A DNA stretch of 64,000 nucleotides from positions 64,001 through 128,000 of the forward strand of contig CAVYBH010000011.1 in the NCBI GenBank assembly GCA_963766715.1. Reading direction: 5' to 3'. The DNA comes from an uncultured delta proteobacterium (GTDB lineage: Bacteria > Myxococcota > Myxococcia > Myxococcales > Anaeromyxobacteraceae). The translations under genes and the position numbers were made by a program. Below, piece after piece: positions 10,653-25,150 of this stretch; within the stretch, counting starts at the first letter, position 1, and every line of letters starts with the position of its first letter. The notes beneath the pieces are model-generated. The model saw only the letters and a list, made by a program, of their open reading frames with translations. It made no database searches and was not told the DNA's origin.

Positions 10653-12305
10653 CCCTCGAACTCGGGCAGCACCGCGGCGACCTCGCCTGCCGAGGGGACG
10701 AGCGCCAGCTTCTCGTCCTGCCCGTCGGGGCCGCGGAAGCGGGCCCGCCGCGCCGACCCGGCCACGTCCGTCGAGAGCACCACCGTGGCCCCGCGCACCG
10801 TCCCGGCCGACAGGGACGACACGTGGACGTCGAGCCGCCCGGTGGGGCGCCAGGCGGAGACCGAGAGCGCGGACGGGGAGTAGACCTGGACGGCGCGCCT
10901 GCCCGGGCCCGAGCAGGGCGGCGAGCCCCCGCTCCAGCGGCTCCGCCGAGGGCGCGCCCGCGAGCGGGCCCGCCGACGGAGGCGGGACGAGGGGAGGCAG
11001 GGCCACGAGCGCCCCCTCGCCGGCCTTCGTCGCCCTGGCCTTGCCGACCTTGGCCTCGGGCAGGAAGGGCGGCAGGAGCCGGCCGCCCGGGCCGGCCGCC
11101 CGCGCCTCGCCGAGGACGAGCACGCGACCGCCCGCCTCGAGGAAGCGGGTCACGGCGGTGGCCTCGACCGGGGTGATGCCGGTGGCCTGGGGGAGGACGA
11201 GCACCGCCCCGGGAGGAAGGGGGCTCCCGCCGGTGGCCACGTCCCACTGGACGTGAAGGCGGCCGAGGGCCTCGCCGACCTCCTCGACCTCCAGCCGGTG
11301 GAGCCCGGAGGACCAGAGGTCGGCCTCCGGCGAGTAGAAGACCAGGCACTCGGCCACGGCGCTCTCGAAGGGGCGGCCGTCCCGCCGCCGGGCGTGCTCG
11401 GCGAGCAGCTTTCGCGTGGGGGCCACGGCGGCGGCCCGCTCGCCCTCCTCGAGACCCACCGCCACGCCCGAGGCGGCCAGCGCCGCGGCGTACCGGGCCG
11501 CCTGCGCGGCCGTCGCGTCGGCGGGGAGCTGTGCGGCGACCGGGCGGCGGCCGATGGCGGCTCGCCACAGCCGGGCCTCCGCGACGCCGGTGTGATGCGG
11601 CAGGGGGCTGAGCGGAAGGACGGCCGCGTCCAGGAACCGGGCGGCCTGGAACTGGGCCGGCCCGACCTGCTCGAAGCGGCCGGCGATGGAGAAGGCGCGC
11701 CCGGCGTCGCGGGCGGCGTCGCGCAGGGGCAGGGCGTAGGCCGCGACCGCGGCGGGGAGCGAGTCGAGCCGGAAGCGCCAGAAGTCCCGGCCGAAGTGGA
11801 GCTTGCGGAAGCTCACCGCGCCCGAGGCGGAGGCCAGCTCGTCGGCGGCGATGCGGCGGTAGTCGAAGGGCTCGAGCTGATCGCCGTACTCCCGCCGGAG
11901 CTCGGACTGGAAGGCCGCCTGGCAGGCGTCGGAGAACCCGGCCCCGAAGAGCCCCAGCCCGAGGACCAGGTCGGGGCGGTCGAGCAGCACGCCGGCGTAT
12001 CCGGCCTCCAGCAGGGAGCGGCAGGTGGCGACGACCCGGGCCCGGTGGGGGGCGCTGTTCAGGCAGGCCCGCTCGTGCCCCACCGTCCCGGAGACCCGGC
12101 CGTCGGCCCCCCGGCAGGCCTCCTGCTGATCGGCCGCCCGGCCGGCGGCGACCCGCGCGAGCGCGGCCGGGGCGAGCCGCGCCGAGCTGGGCTCGGCCGG
12201 GTCGACCACCAGGGGAGCGCCCTGGGTCCGGGCGGCGAGCGCCTCGGCCTCCGGAATGGGGTCCCCCGGGCGGATCCGGAAGGGGGCAAAGGGGAGTGAA
12301 AGCAC
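10625..12305 (-). CDS. Uncharacterised protein, possibly degenerate glycoside-hydrolase-like barrel plus GATase-like trimerisation domain; indel near 10890
   Basis: Long ORF with coding-like composition; ACLNSAPHR...GYAGVLLD...SDACQAAF...RREYG and VLVLPQ...[12 protein letters not shown] patterns. Confidence 0.55.
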
Positions 12306-12481
12306 GGACCGGGGACCGTACACCGCGCCCGGAGCGGTGGGCAACCGGCGCCTTGCGGGGCCGGGGCCGGTTCAGTAGTATCCCGCGCCTCCCGACGGGT
12401 TTCGGGGCCTTTCCGCGTCGCGCAAGCGCGCGCCGCACCCTGCTCGCACGCTTCGCAAACCAGAGAAATCGAGTTCCCGAC

Positions 12482-14946
<2,465 letters not shown>

Positions 14947-14950
<4 letters not shown>

Positions 14951-15657
14951 GCGAGCGCGCCGGGAACCCCGCCGAGAGCCTCCGTGCCCTCCTCGGCGGG
15001 GCCCAGGGCGCGCTGAAGATCTTCCCGCTCCCGGAGGTGGTCGTCTTCCCGGGGGCGCCCGCGCCCTTCCACGTCTTCGAGCCCCGCTACCGGGCCATGG
15101 CCGCCGACGCCCTCCACGGCGACCGGCTGCTGGCCGTGGCCACGCTCCGCTCCCCGGAGCAGGGCTCACCTGGAGCGGGCTCCGGTCTTCCCCGTCGCCG
15201 GGGCCGGCTTCATCGAGGCCGACGAGGCGCTCGCCGACGGCCGCTTCAACATCCTGCTCCGGGGCGTGGCCCGGGTGCGGCTGCTCGAGGAGCTCACCGG
15301 GACCGGCAAGCCCTACCGGGAGTTCCGGGTCGAGATCCTCGACGACGTGTATCCGCCGGGGGGCCCGCCGCCCTGGCCGGCGAGGTCACCACGCTGGAGC
15401 GCTTCGTGCTCGAGCTGGCCCGGCGCTCGCCCGAGGACAGCGGCACGCGCGACCTGGCCGAGGCCGTGGCCCGGATGCGGGTTCCGGGGCGGGTCTGCGA
15501 CGCGGTGGCGGCGGCGCTGGTCTCCGACACGGCGTCGAGGATCGCGCTCCTCGAGGAGCCGGACGTGTCCCGGCGGCTCGCCCGCCTGGTGCAGGAGATG
15601 GCCTCGCTGCTCGTCCAGCTGCCCGCGCCGGACGGCATGCCGGTGCCCAGCGCCTGA
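14947..15657 (+). CDS. Lon substrate-binding (Lon N-terminal) domain protein; indels near 15165 and 15365
   Basis: IFPLPEVVVFPG...FHVFEPRYRAM, DGRFNILLRGVARVRL; ATGA overlap with hppA. Confidence 0.82.
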
Positions 15658-15674
15658 CCCGCGGCCGGGCCGCC

Positions 15675-16985
15675 TCACTCCCGGCCGGCGCGTCCGATGC
15701 CGTGGTAGGTGAAGCCGAGCGCGCGGACCTTCCTCGGGTCCCAGACGTTCCGCCCGTCGAAGAGCACCGGCTGCTTCATGGTGCGCTTCAGGAGCTCGAA
15801 GTCGGGCTGGCGGAACTCGTTCCACTCGGTGACCAGGAAGAGCGCGTCGGCGCCGGCGGCGGCGGCGTACGGGTCGGGGGCGAAGTCCACGCGGCCCCCG
15901 AAGATCCGGGCCGCCACCTCGGTCGCCACCGGGTCGTGGGCGCGGACCCTGCGCGCCGTTGCCGATGAGCCCCTCGATGACGGTGATGGCGGGCGCCTCG
16001 CGCATGTCGTCGGTCTTGGGCTTGAAGGCGAGGCCCCAGACGCCGACGGTGAGCCCCTGCAGCGAGCCGAAGTGCTTGAGGGCCTTCTCGACGAGCGTCC
16101 GCTTCTGCCGCTCGTTCACCCGCTCCACCGAGCGGAGCAGGTCGAAGTCGAGCCCCACGCCGCGGGCCATGGTCATGAGGGCGCGGACGTCCTTGGGGAA
16201 GCAGGAGCCGCCGAAGCCGGCGCCGGGGAAGAGGAACGGGTAGCCGATGCGCTTGTCCGAGCCCATGCCGCGGCGGACGTGGTCCACGTCGGCGCCCAGC
16301 CGCTCGCAGAGGCCGGCGATGTCGTTCATGAAGGAGATGCGGGTGGCGAGCATCGAGTTGGCGGCGTACTTGGTCAGCTCGGCGGAGCGCGGGTCCATGA
16401 AGAGGATGGGCTGCTCGGTGCGGACGAAGGGGGCGTAGAGCTCGGCCATCACGCGCGCGGGCCCGCTCGGACGAGACGCCGATCACGATGCGGTCGGGGC
16501 GCATGAAGTCGTCGATGGCCGCCCCCTCCTTGAGGAACTCGGGGTTGGAGACGACGTCGAAGGGCGCCTTCGCGACCTTGCCGACCGACCTCGGCGACCT
16601 TGTCGGCGCTCCCCACCGGGACCGTGCTCTTGTTGACGATGACGGTGTAGCGGCCGATGTGGCGGCCGATCTCCTCGGCGGCCGCCAGCACGTAGGAGAG
16701 GTCGGCCTCGCCGGTCTCGCCCGGCGGGGTGCCCACCGCGATGAAGGCCACGTCGACGTCGCGGACCGCGTCGGCGGTGGAGGTGGTGAAGTCGAGCCGC
16801 CCGTCCGCGACGTTGCGCTTCACCAGCTCCTCGAGGCCCGGCTCGTAGATGGGGATCCCGCCGGCGCGGAGCATGGCGATCTTGCGCGCGTCGGTGTCCA
16901 CGCAGGTGACGCGGTGGCCGGTCTCGGCGAGGCAGGTGCCGGTGACGAGGCCGACGTAGCCGGTGCCGATGACGGCGATCTTCAC
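15675..16985 (-). CDS. ugd: UDP-glucose/GDP-mannose 6-dehydrogenase; several indels
   Basis: [72 protein letters not shown]. Confidence 0.93.
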
Positions 16986-17031
16986 GATGGGAGCTCCTTC
17001 CTCTCGAGGCGTCCGGCGACGGCGAAATCTA

Positions 17032-17827
17032 TCACCGAACCGGCGGGCGCAAGGCCCGGAGGAGCCGGTACACGGCCAGGATCTGGGCGGTGCGCAGCCG
17101 CTTGCGGAGCCGCAGCCAGCGCCCGTCCGGGGCGTGGCGGAGGAAGACCTGCCAGTCCTCCGCGAACTGGGCCTCGAAGGAGGAGCCGCTCTTCGAGGCG
17201 ACGTGCCAGCGGAAGGCGGCGAGCGTCCGGGTCAGGTAGAGGGGTGGCGCCACCGCGGCGAAGCGCAGCCAGAGGTCGTAGTCGAAGGTGTAGCGCAGCG
17301 ACGGGTCGAGCAGGCCGACCCGCTCCTGGAGCGAGCGGCGCCAGAAGACGGTCATCTGGCTCACGTAGTTCTCGACGAGGAGCCGGTCGATCCGGTGGCG
17401 GCGGGCGCGGAGGTCCTTGTAGGCCGGCGACGGGCGCCGGATGATCCGGTCGTCCTCGTCGACGATGTCGCACCGTCCGTGGAGCCAGAGCGCGGACGGG
17501 GCCGCGCGGAAGGCCTCCACCGCGGCCTGGACGGCCCCGGGCCGGAGCAGGTCGTCCGAGTTCACCCAGCCCACGATCTCGCCCCGGGCGCGGCGGAGCG
17601 CGCGGTTCACCGCGTCGGCCTGCCCGGCGTCGGGCTCGACCACGAGCGAGATCCGGTCGCGGTAGCGCTCCAGGATCTCCGAGCGTCCCGTCGCGTGCTC
17701 CCGCCGTCCTGGACCAGGTACTCGAGGTCGAAGTCCCCCGCTGGGAGAGGACGCTCTCGAGCGTCCTCTCCACGAAGGCGCCCTGGTCGAGCGACGGGGT
17801 GACGATGGAGACGAGCGGACGGCTCAC
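17032..17827 (-). CDS. Glycosyltransferase family 2; indels near 17690-17740
   Basis: [49 protein letters not shown]. Confidence 0.88.
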
Positions 17828-18243
17828 GGCCTCGGTCCGGGCCCCGGCCTCGGGCGCCGGCGCCGCGCCGCCGCGCGCGTGCGCGCGCGCGCCTCCAGCT
17901 CGGCCCGGAGCGCGGCGCACTCCTGCGCCAGGCGGCGGATGCGCGCCGCGTTCTGCGAGCCGGCCACGGTGTTCACGAGCACGTTCACGGCGAGGTAGAG
18001 GACGGCGGCGCCGAAGAGGGCGTTGGAGGGGAGCTGGAAGCCCACGCAGGCGGGCCGCCCTCGACCAGGATGCCGGGGAAGATCGCCACCAGCGTGGCGA
18101 CCAGGGTCGTCACCACCCAGACCAGGCTGTCCCGGAGCGAGAGGCGCTGGGTGCGCACGAGCCGCAGCACCCAGAGCAGGAAGACCGCCAGGACGGCGAT
18201 GGAGATGAGCCTGGAGCTCGACGGGGATGAGGTCGCTCGTCAC
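17824..18243 (-). CDS. Small membrane protein, DUF2304-like; indels
   Basis: Hydrophobic segments LRLVRTQRLSLRDSLVW, IFPG, GFQLPSNALF and C-terminal IRRLAQECA; typical partner of the upstream GT2. Confidence 0.7.
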   Translation of the reverse strand: MTSDLIPVELQAHLHRRPGGLPALGAAARAHPAPLAPGQPGLGGDDPGRHAGGDLPRHPGRGRPACVGFQLPSNALFGAAVLYLAVNVLVNTVAGSQNAARIRRLAQECAALRAELEARARTRAAARRRRPRPGPGPRP

Positions 18244-18959
18244 GCGGCGTCCTCCGGGGCCGGGCGGCGGGTGGGGAGGAGCACGAGCGCCAGCGAGACC
18301 TTGACGAGGTAGTAGAAGGAGCGCCAGGCCCGATGGAGCTCTCGCCGTGGAGCCGCTCGGTCATGCGGACCGGGACCTCGCCACGCGGAGGCCGGCCCGG
18401 GCGGCGACCGCGATGGACTCGGGCTCCGGGTAGTCGGGCGGGTAGCTGCGGGCGAAGAGCTCGATGGCGCGGCGGCCGGCGGCGCGGAAGCCGGAGGTGG
18501 GGTCGGTGACCCGCGCGCCGCAGCGGAGCCGGAGCATCCAGGAGAGGTAGCGGATGCCGGCGCGGCGCGACCACGTGGAGCGGAAGGCGCCCGCGACGCG
18601 GGGGCCGGCGAAGCGGGAGCCGACCGCCAGGTCGGCCCGGCCGGAGGCCACCGCCTCGACGAGCGCGGGCAGGAAGGTGGCGTCGTGCTGGCCGTCGCCG
18701 TCGACCTGGACGGCGACGTCGTAGCCGTGGTCCCGGGCCCACCGGTAGCCGGCCTGGACGGCGCCGCCGATGCCCAGGTTCACCGGGAGGGAGAGGACGG
18801 TGACGCCGAGCGCCGCGGGCCACCGCGGCGGTGCCGTCGGTGGAGCCGTCGTCGACCACGCAGACGTCCACGGCCGGGGCGGACGCGGCGGAGCCCGGCC
18901 ACCACGGCGGGCAGGCTCCGCTCCTCGTTGAAGGCGGGGACGATGGCGAGGACGCGCAC
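18240..18959 (-). CDS. Polyprenol-phosphate glycosyltransferase-like GT2; indels
   Basis: VRVLAIVPAFNEE, VVDDGSTDGT, NLGIGGAVQAGY, QVDGDGQH, GSRF, DPTSGFRA, YPPDYPEPE. Confidence 0.88.
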
Positions 18960-19005
18960 GGAACGCCCATTACACCACGGGCCGGGGCCGGCGTCGCGTC
19001 CGCGT

Positions 19006-19939
19006 CTACCGGGGGAGGACGCACCAGCCGCGCGGCCGCCTCGGCGCCGCGCAGGTGGGAGAGCCGGGAGGGGTCGCGGGCCGAGCGCACCACCGCCTCC
19101 ACCGCGGCGCGCTCCGGCGCGGAGAGGGAGGGGCAGAGCGTCCGGGCCGCGCCGGCCACCTCCGGGAAGTGCAGCGGCGAGGAGCGAGAGCGACCCGTGG
19201 AGCGCCCGGGAGAGCCCCAGCGGCGGCGGCCCGAGCGACCACGTACGGGGAATCGAGGGGCGGGTCGAGCCGGAGGAGCTCGCGCAGGTCCACGAAGGTG
19301 ACGAGCGGCGCGTAGAGCCCCTGCTCGGCCTGCTCGGCGACCGTGGCGAGCAGCATGTCCTCGGGCGAGGGGCGCAGGATCACGGGCCGAGCGCGGGCAG
19401 CGGCGTGCCGCGCGCGAAGAGCTCGGGGTCGGGCGGGGCGCCCTGCCAGAGCCCCTCCTGGATGGTGAAGCGGACCCGGTCGTCGCTGAAGGCGGCGCCG
19501 CGGCCGCCGGCGGTCGACTGCCCTCGAGCTGGAAGCCGGCGCCCTTCGCCGCCTCGGCGAAGCGGGCGCCGTCCTCGCCGCGGACGGCGAGCCGGAGGTC
19601 GCCGAGCGGCCGGAAGGCGAGGTGCGGGTAGAGCCAGTCGACCGCGGCGAGCCCGCCCAGCACCACCACCGGGACCTGGCTCGCCTTGAGCGCGCCCCGC
19701 AGGGTCATCACCCGGTAGACGTTGTCGTTCACCACGCCCTGGTAGAGGGCGAGCAGCTTCTCGCGGAACTGGGCGGGGACGCCCGGCGCCGAGCGGCGCG
19801 GGTCTCCAGGTGGTAGCTGGCGATGGGGGCGAGCCCGTTCGCCTCGAGCACCTCGGCGAGCAGGGCCAGGTCCGCCGGCGGGAGCGCGGCGGGCGGGCTC
19901 GAAGGCGGAGAGGGCGCGGATGGCGTCGGAGAGGGGCAC
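19006..19939 (-). CDS. Uncharacterised nucleotidyltransferase-family protein; several indels
   Basis: VVVLGGLAAVDWLYPHLAFRPLGDLRLAV resembles the LKG...YP....R..xDxDxxV signature, with the second Asp replaced. Confidence 0.6.
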
Positions 19940-19948
19940 CCGGTGATT

Positions 19949-21465
19949 CTAGTCGGGCCGCCGCTCCATCACCGCGATGAGCGAGAGGGGAGGGAAGGGG
20001 AGGAAGCGGTCGACGACCCGGGAGATGGGGGTGATCCAGTCGACGATGCGGATCTGGAGGAGCCCGAAGCTCTTCTTGCGGAGCACCCGGCCGTTCAGGA
20101 ACCAGGGCAGCGAGGAGACCCGGTTGAAGCGGACGATCTGCGTCACCGTCGAGCCCGGCCTCGGCGGCGACCCGGCGCAGGCGTGGCCTCGGTGTAGCGC
20201 CGCTTGTGGCCGAGCACCTCGTCGAGCGTGCCGAAGTTCCACGGGCCGCTGGGGACGAGCACGATGGCCCGCCCGCCCGCGGCCAGCACGGAGCGGATGT
20301 TGCGCAGCGCCCCCACGTCGTCGTCGACGTGCTCGATGACGTTCAGGCAGACCACCGAGTCGAAGCCGCCCGCCAGCTGCGGGATAGGAGGCGAGGTCGG
20401 TGACGTCGGTGTAGCGCGCCGCCAGGTAGGGCCGGTCGGTGGTGAGGTTCTCGAGCGTCTTCACGTAGAGCGGGTTCACGTCGCTCGCCACGTAGACGTC
20501 GCGGGGGACGAGCCGCCGGGTCAGGTTCCCGGTTCCCGAGCCGATCTCCAGCAGCCGGGACCCCAGGAACGGGCGGATCACGTCGGCCATCCAGCCGTTG
20601 AACCGCTCGGCCCGGGCCAGCCGCCCGAGCATCTGCGAGCCGTGCTCGTCGCGGACGTAGACGTCGTCGCCGAGCGAGAAGCGGAGGATGGCGAGCGAGC
20701 GCCTGGAACCCGTCCCGCCAGCCGATCTTCTTGCCCTCCTGGTAGGTGCGCCCCGAGTAGCTGATGGGCACCTCGAAGATCCGGGCCTCCCGCTTGGCGA
20801 GCTTGATGGTGAGCTCCGGCTCCAGCCGGAAGTCGTTGGAGACGATGGGGATCGAGCGCAGGAGGTCGGTGCGGACCGCCTTGTAGCAGGTCTCCATGTC
20901 GGTGAGGTTCAGGTTGGTGGCCAGGTTGGTGAGGAAGGTGAGGAGCTTGTTGCCGATCTGGTGGCGGAAGAGCAGCACCCGCCGGGCCTCGCCGCCGGCG
21001 AAGCGGCTGCCGAAGACCGCGTCGGCCTTCTCGCGCACGAAGACCTCGACGATGCGCAGGATGTCCTTGGGGTGGTACTCGAGGTCGGCGTCGTGGATCA
21101 CCGAGTACTCGCCGTCGGCGAGCGCGAGCGCGGTCCGGACGGCGGTGCCCTTGCCGCCGTTCCGCTCGTGGCGGAGGAAGATCCAGTCGGTCTTGCCGTG
21201 GCGCCCGCGGCCCAGCTCGACGGCGGGGACCGGCGCCGGTCCCGTCCCGCGGCGCGGCGGGCGGAGGCGGGGCGAGCGCGATCCCGCGCTCGGCCGCGAA
21301 GGCGGCGAGCGCGCCGGGCGTCCCGTCCCGGGACGAGTCGTCCACGACGACCACCTGGACGCGCTCGAGGTGCGGGCTCGACTCCAGGACCGCGAGCCGC
21401 GCCAGCGACGCCGCCACCAGGTGCTGCTCGTTGTAGACCGGGACGAGGACGGAGAGGGAGGACAT
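19949..21465 (-). CDS. Bifunctional GT2 / class I SAM-dependent methyltransferase; indels
   Basis: LSVLVPVYNE, NGGKGTAVR, IHDADLEYHP, LTDMETCYK, EPELTIK, GKKIGWRDG; then LLEIGSGTGNL, CLNVIEHVDDD, GHKRRY. Confidence 0.88.
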
Positions 21466-21552
21466 GGAGCCCCCTTTCTAGCGCAGGTCGGCGGGCCGGA
21501 GCGAGAATGGTCACCTCGCCGCACGCGGTCCGCGCCGCGTAGAATGCGCGCC

Positions 21553-22658
21553 GTGCGCATCGCGCTCTCCCTCCTCTCGCTCCGCCCCGGCCAGGTCGGG
21601 GGCGCCGAGACCTACGTGCGGGCCCTGGTGCGCCACCTGCCGGAGGTGGCCGGGGGGGACGAGCTGCTCCTCGTCCTCGACCGGGACCTCGACCGGGAGA
21701 TCGAGGGGCGCGGGTGGACCAAGGTGGTGATGCCCTACGGCGCCCGCGAGCTGGTGGCGCGGCGCATCGCCGAGGCCTACACGCCGTGGCGGGACCGGGC
21801 GGCGCGAGCGGATCCTCGCGGCGGCCCGCCCCGACGTCACCCTCTTCCCGCAGCAGTCGATCTTCCCGCACCGGGCGCCCGGGCGCGGCGGTGCTCACGG
21901 CCGTGGACGTGCAGCACCTCGTCCTGCCCGGGCACTTCGGCCTCTTCGACCGGACCTTTCGACCGAGGGTCTATCCGCGCAGCATGGAGCGGGCCGACCG
22001 GGTCATCGCCATCAGCGAGTTCACGCTGCGGACGCTCGAGGAGCGCTGCGCGCTCCCGGCCGGGAAGGGCGTCGTCATCCCGCTCGGCGTGGAGCCGGGC
22101 GCGGCGGCGCGAGCCGGGCCGCTGCCCGCCGGGCTCGAGCCGGGCGCGTTCCTCTACTGCCCGGCGGCGACCTGGCCGCACAAGGGGCACGACCGGCTGC
22201 TTCGCGACCTTCGCGGCGCTCCGGCGGGCGGGGCGGCTCAGCGAGCGGCTCGTCCTCACCGGGCAGCGGACGCCGCTCTGGGAGCGGGAGCTCCTGCCGC
22301 TGGCCCGGGACCTGGGGATCGAGCGGCGACGTCGTCCACCTGGGGTTCGTCCCGCGCGACGAGGTCGATGCCCTCCTCGCCGGCGCCCGGGCGGTCGTCT
22401 TCCCGACCCGCTTCGAGGGCTTCGGGCTCCCCGTGGTCGAGGCCGCCGCGGCCGGGGCCCGCATCGTCGCCTCCCGGCTCGACGTCTTCGACGAGATCGG
22501 CCTGCCCCGCGCGAACCAGGTGGACTTCGAGGATCCCGAGGAGGTGCTGGCGGCGCTCGAGCCCCGGCGCCGACGCGGCTTCTGCGCGAGCCGTCCCTGG
22601 CCGGAGGTGGCGCGGCGGACCATGGAGGTGCTGCGCGGCGCGCCGCCGGAGCCCGTGA
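21553..22658 (+). CDS. Glycosyltransferase family 4; several indels
   Basis: MRIAL...GGAETY, ADRVIAISEFT, PAATWPHKGH, FPTRFEGFGLPVVEA. Confidence 0.85.
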
Positions 22659-23797
22659 GGCGGAACCTCCCGCGGCGCGGGGGCGGTCGCCGCGGCTCGC
22701 CGCGCTCGCCGGGGCCTGCTGCTCGGCGGGCTGACGGCGGTTGCCTACCGCGGGGATCCGCGTGGAGCTCTTCGTGCCGGGGTCGCTCCACCCGCACCCG
22801 CCGGAGCTGGCCGGGGCTCCGACGCGGCAGGGCCCGGGCTACGACGGGCAGTTCTTCGCCGCGCTGGCGGTCGACCCGCTGCTCCTCCGGCCGGAGACGG
22901 TCGGCTTCCTCGACCTGCCGCCCTACCGGGCCGGGCGGGTCGGGCTTGCCGCTGGCGGCGTGGGTCCTGGCCCGGGACGGCGCCCGGCGGCGCTCCTCGT
23001 CTACCTGGCCCTCAGCGCGCATCCTCGGGCTCCTCGGGGTCTGGGTCGCGGCTCGCTGAGCTAGAAGATGGGCGCTCCCCTGGGGCGCGCTCCCTCGCGC
23101 TCTCCGCCGGCCTGGTGGCGTCCTGATGCGGGCGCTGCCGGACGCCGCGGCAGCCTCCCTGCTCCTCCTCGCCTCTGGTGGGAATCCCGGGGTCGACGGG
23201 CGCCACCGGCCTCCTGGCCGCCGCATCGCTTGTCCGGGAGACGAGCCCCTCATCGCGGCGGTCGCGCTGGGGCTGGTCAGGTGGCGGCGAAGACGACGAC
23301 GAGGATGCCTTCCGAGCGGCCGCGATCCCGGCGGCGCTCGCGACGGGGTGGCGGGCCTGGGTGCTCACCCGGCCTGGCTTCCAGGGCATCGGGGTACCCG
23401 AGGTCGGGCGCGCCTCGCCTGGGCTCCCGCGAAGGCCGCGCCGCCTGGACGCTCGACTCAATCGCCGAGGCGCTGGCGCTCGCCGCCTGGTGCTGGCCGC
23501 GGCTACCTGCTCCTGCTGCTCCCGCGCTGGCGCTCCTGGAGCCCGGCGGCCTGGAGCTACGCCGGATTCGTCCTCCTCCTGATCGTGGCGGGCGAGCGGG
23601 TCTACGCCGACCGGTGGGCCTACGCGCGGGTCAGCTGCGCCCTCCCCATGCTCGCCGTGCCGCTCGCCGGGGAAGGGGGCCGGCCAATCGTCGCGCGCCT
23701 GCTCCGCGCGGTGCCGTTGGCCTACGCGGCCGCGGGCGCGGTCACCATCCTCTTCGCGACGCGCGTCCCGGCGCTGGCCCGGCTCATCGCCCCGTGA
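22655..23797 (+). CDS. Multi-TM membrane protein with GYDGQF motif (putative surface glycopolymer-formation/GT-C-like); heavily frameshifted
   Basis: GPGYDGQFFAALAVDPLL...LDLPPYRAGR followed by hydrophobic segments in alternating frames. Confidence 0.55.
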
Positions 23798-25121
23798 TCG
23801 CCGTGGCCCGGCCGGGCGAGGACCTCCTCGACGGCCGCCAGGTAGGCGCGCGCCGTGCTCGCCAGTCATACCGCTCGACGACGCGCTCTGCGGCGGCGCG
23901 GGCGGCGGCCCTCGCCTCCGCCTCGTGCTCGAGCACCCAGGCCAGGTGATCGGCCAGCACCCGCGCGTCGTCGGGATCGAAGACCCGGTAGGCGCCGCCC
24001 AGCGCGCGATCCTGCTCGAGGAGCGGCGGGATCGACGAGACGATCGGCCGGGCACCCGGCCAGGGTCGCCTCCAGGCTGGGCAGGCCGAATCCCTCGTAC
24101 CGGGTGGGGAACAGGTAGGCCGTGGCGAGGTGGAAGAGCCCCTCCAGCTCGTCGTTCCGGACGTACCCGAGCGGAAGGACGTCGCGGCCGACGACCAGGC
24201 CGCCATCGTGCATCGCGGATCGCAGGGTCTCGACGTAGGACCTGTTGAACCCGGGGGGCGCGCCGTCGGCCAGCTCGGTCGCGTTCGGTCCGACGAACAC
24301 CACGGGGAGGTCGACCCCGCGCCGGCGCAGCTCGGCCAGCGCCTGCACCACCACCAGGGGGTTCTTGTGCGGGGTGACCATCCTGTCACCAGCGCGAAAC
24401 GCTCCGGCAGCCCGCGTTCCCGGCGAAGGGCGGCGAGCGCATCCGGCGCCGGCGCCGGGCGCCCGGTGGTGACGCCCAGCTGGACCGGGAAGGTCTTGCC
24501 GGCGTGCTCGGGGTAGAAGCGGCGCAGCTCGTCGGCCATGGCCTCGCCGTACACGAGGAGCCGGTCGGAGCGCTCGAGCCAGCTCCGCAACGCCTTCTCG
24601 TGGATCCGGCGACGGAGGCTTCCCTCGGGGAGGAAGTACTTGAAGTTGAAGTCGGACGGGGAGGAGAGCACCGCGCAGTGGAGCGGCGGGGCCTGGAGCC
24701 AGAACGGATAGGTGAAGAGCATGGCGTCGAAGCGCCGGCTGGCGAGGGAGATGAGGGCCCGCCGGTCCCCCAGGGCGGCCCGCATCGAGGTCGGCCCGAA
24801 CTTCCAGAGGGTCCGGGCGGCGACGTAGCCGGGGATGCGGGTGAAGGACAGGCCGGGCAAGCCCTGGGCGTGCGCGAGCGGGTCGACGGCCCGGCTGATC
24901 GCATTCCCCTCGCCCATCCACTCCACGTGAAGCCGGGGGCCGGTGAGCGCGGCGGGCCACTCGACCCGCTGGTGTGCCGAGTTGTAGCGGGACAGGAGCA
25001 GGGTCACGTCCCAGTCCTGGGCCTCGGGGATCTCGAGCAGCGCGGTGGCGAGCCCCTGGAGCACGCGCTCGACGCCGCCGGCGCTCATGGTGAACTCGAC
25101 GATGGCGAGGCGCTTCCGCAT
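23784..25121 (-). CDS. Glycosyltransferase family 4; indels, 3' end approximate
   Basis: AGGVERV, PHKNPLVVVQA, LGYVRNDELEGL, FPTRYEGFGLPSLEA. Confidence 0.85.
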   Translation of the reverse strand: MRKRLAIVEFTMSAGGVERVLQGLATALLEIPEAQDWDVTLLLSRYNSAHQRVEWPAALTGPRLHVEWMGEGNAISRAVDPLAHAQGLPGLSFTRIPGYVAARTLWKFGPTSMRAALGDRRALISLASRRFDAMLFTYPFWLQAPPLHCAVLSSPSDFNFKYFLPEGSLRRRIHEKALRSWLERSDRLLVYGEAMADELRRFYPEHAGKTFPVQLGVTTGRPAPAPDALAALRRERGLPERFALVTGWSPRTRTPWWWCRRWPSCAGAGSTSPWCSSDRTRPSWPTARPPGSTGPTSRPCDPRCTMAAWSSAATSFRSGTSGTTSWRGSSTSPRPTCSPPGTRDSACPAWRRPWPGARPIVSSIPPLLEQDRALGGAYRVFDPDDARVLADHLAWVLEHEAEARAAARAAAERVVERYDWRARRAPTWRPSRRSSPGRATAITGR

Positions 25122-25150
25122 CCGGACCTTCCGTATACTATGACGACTTC

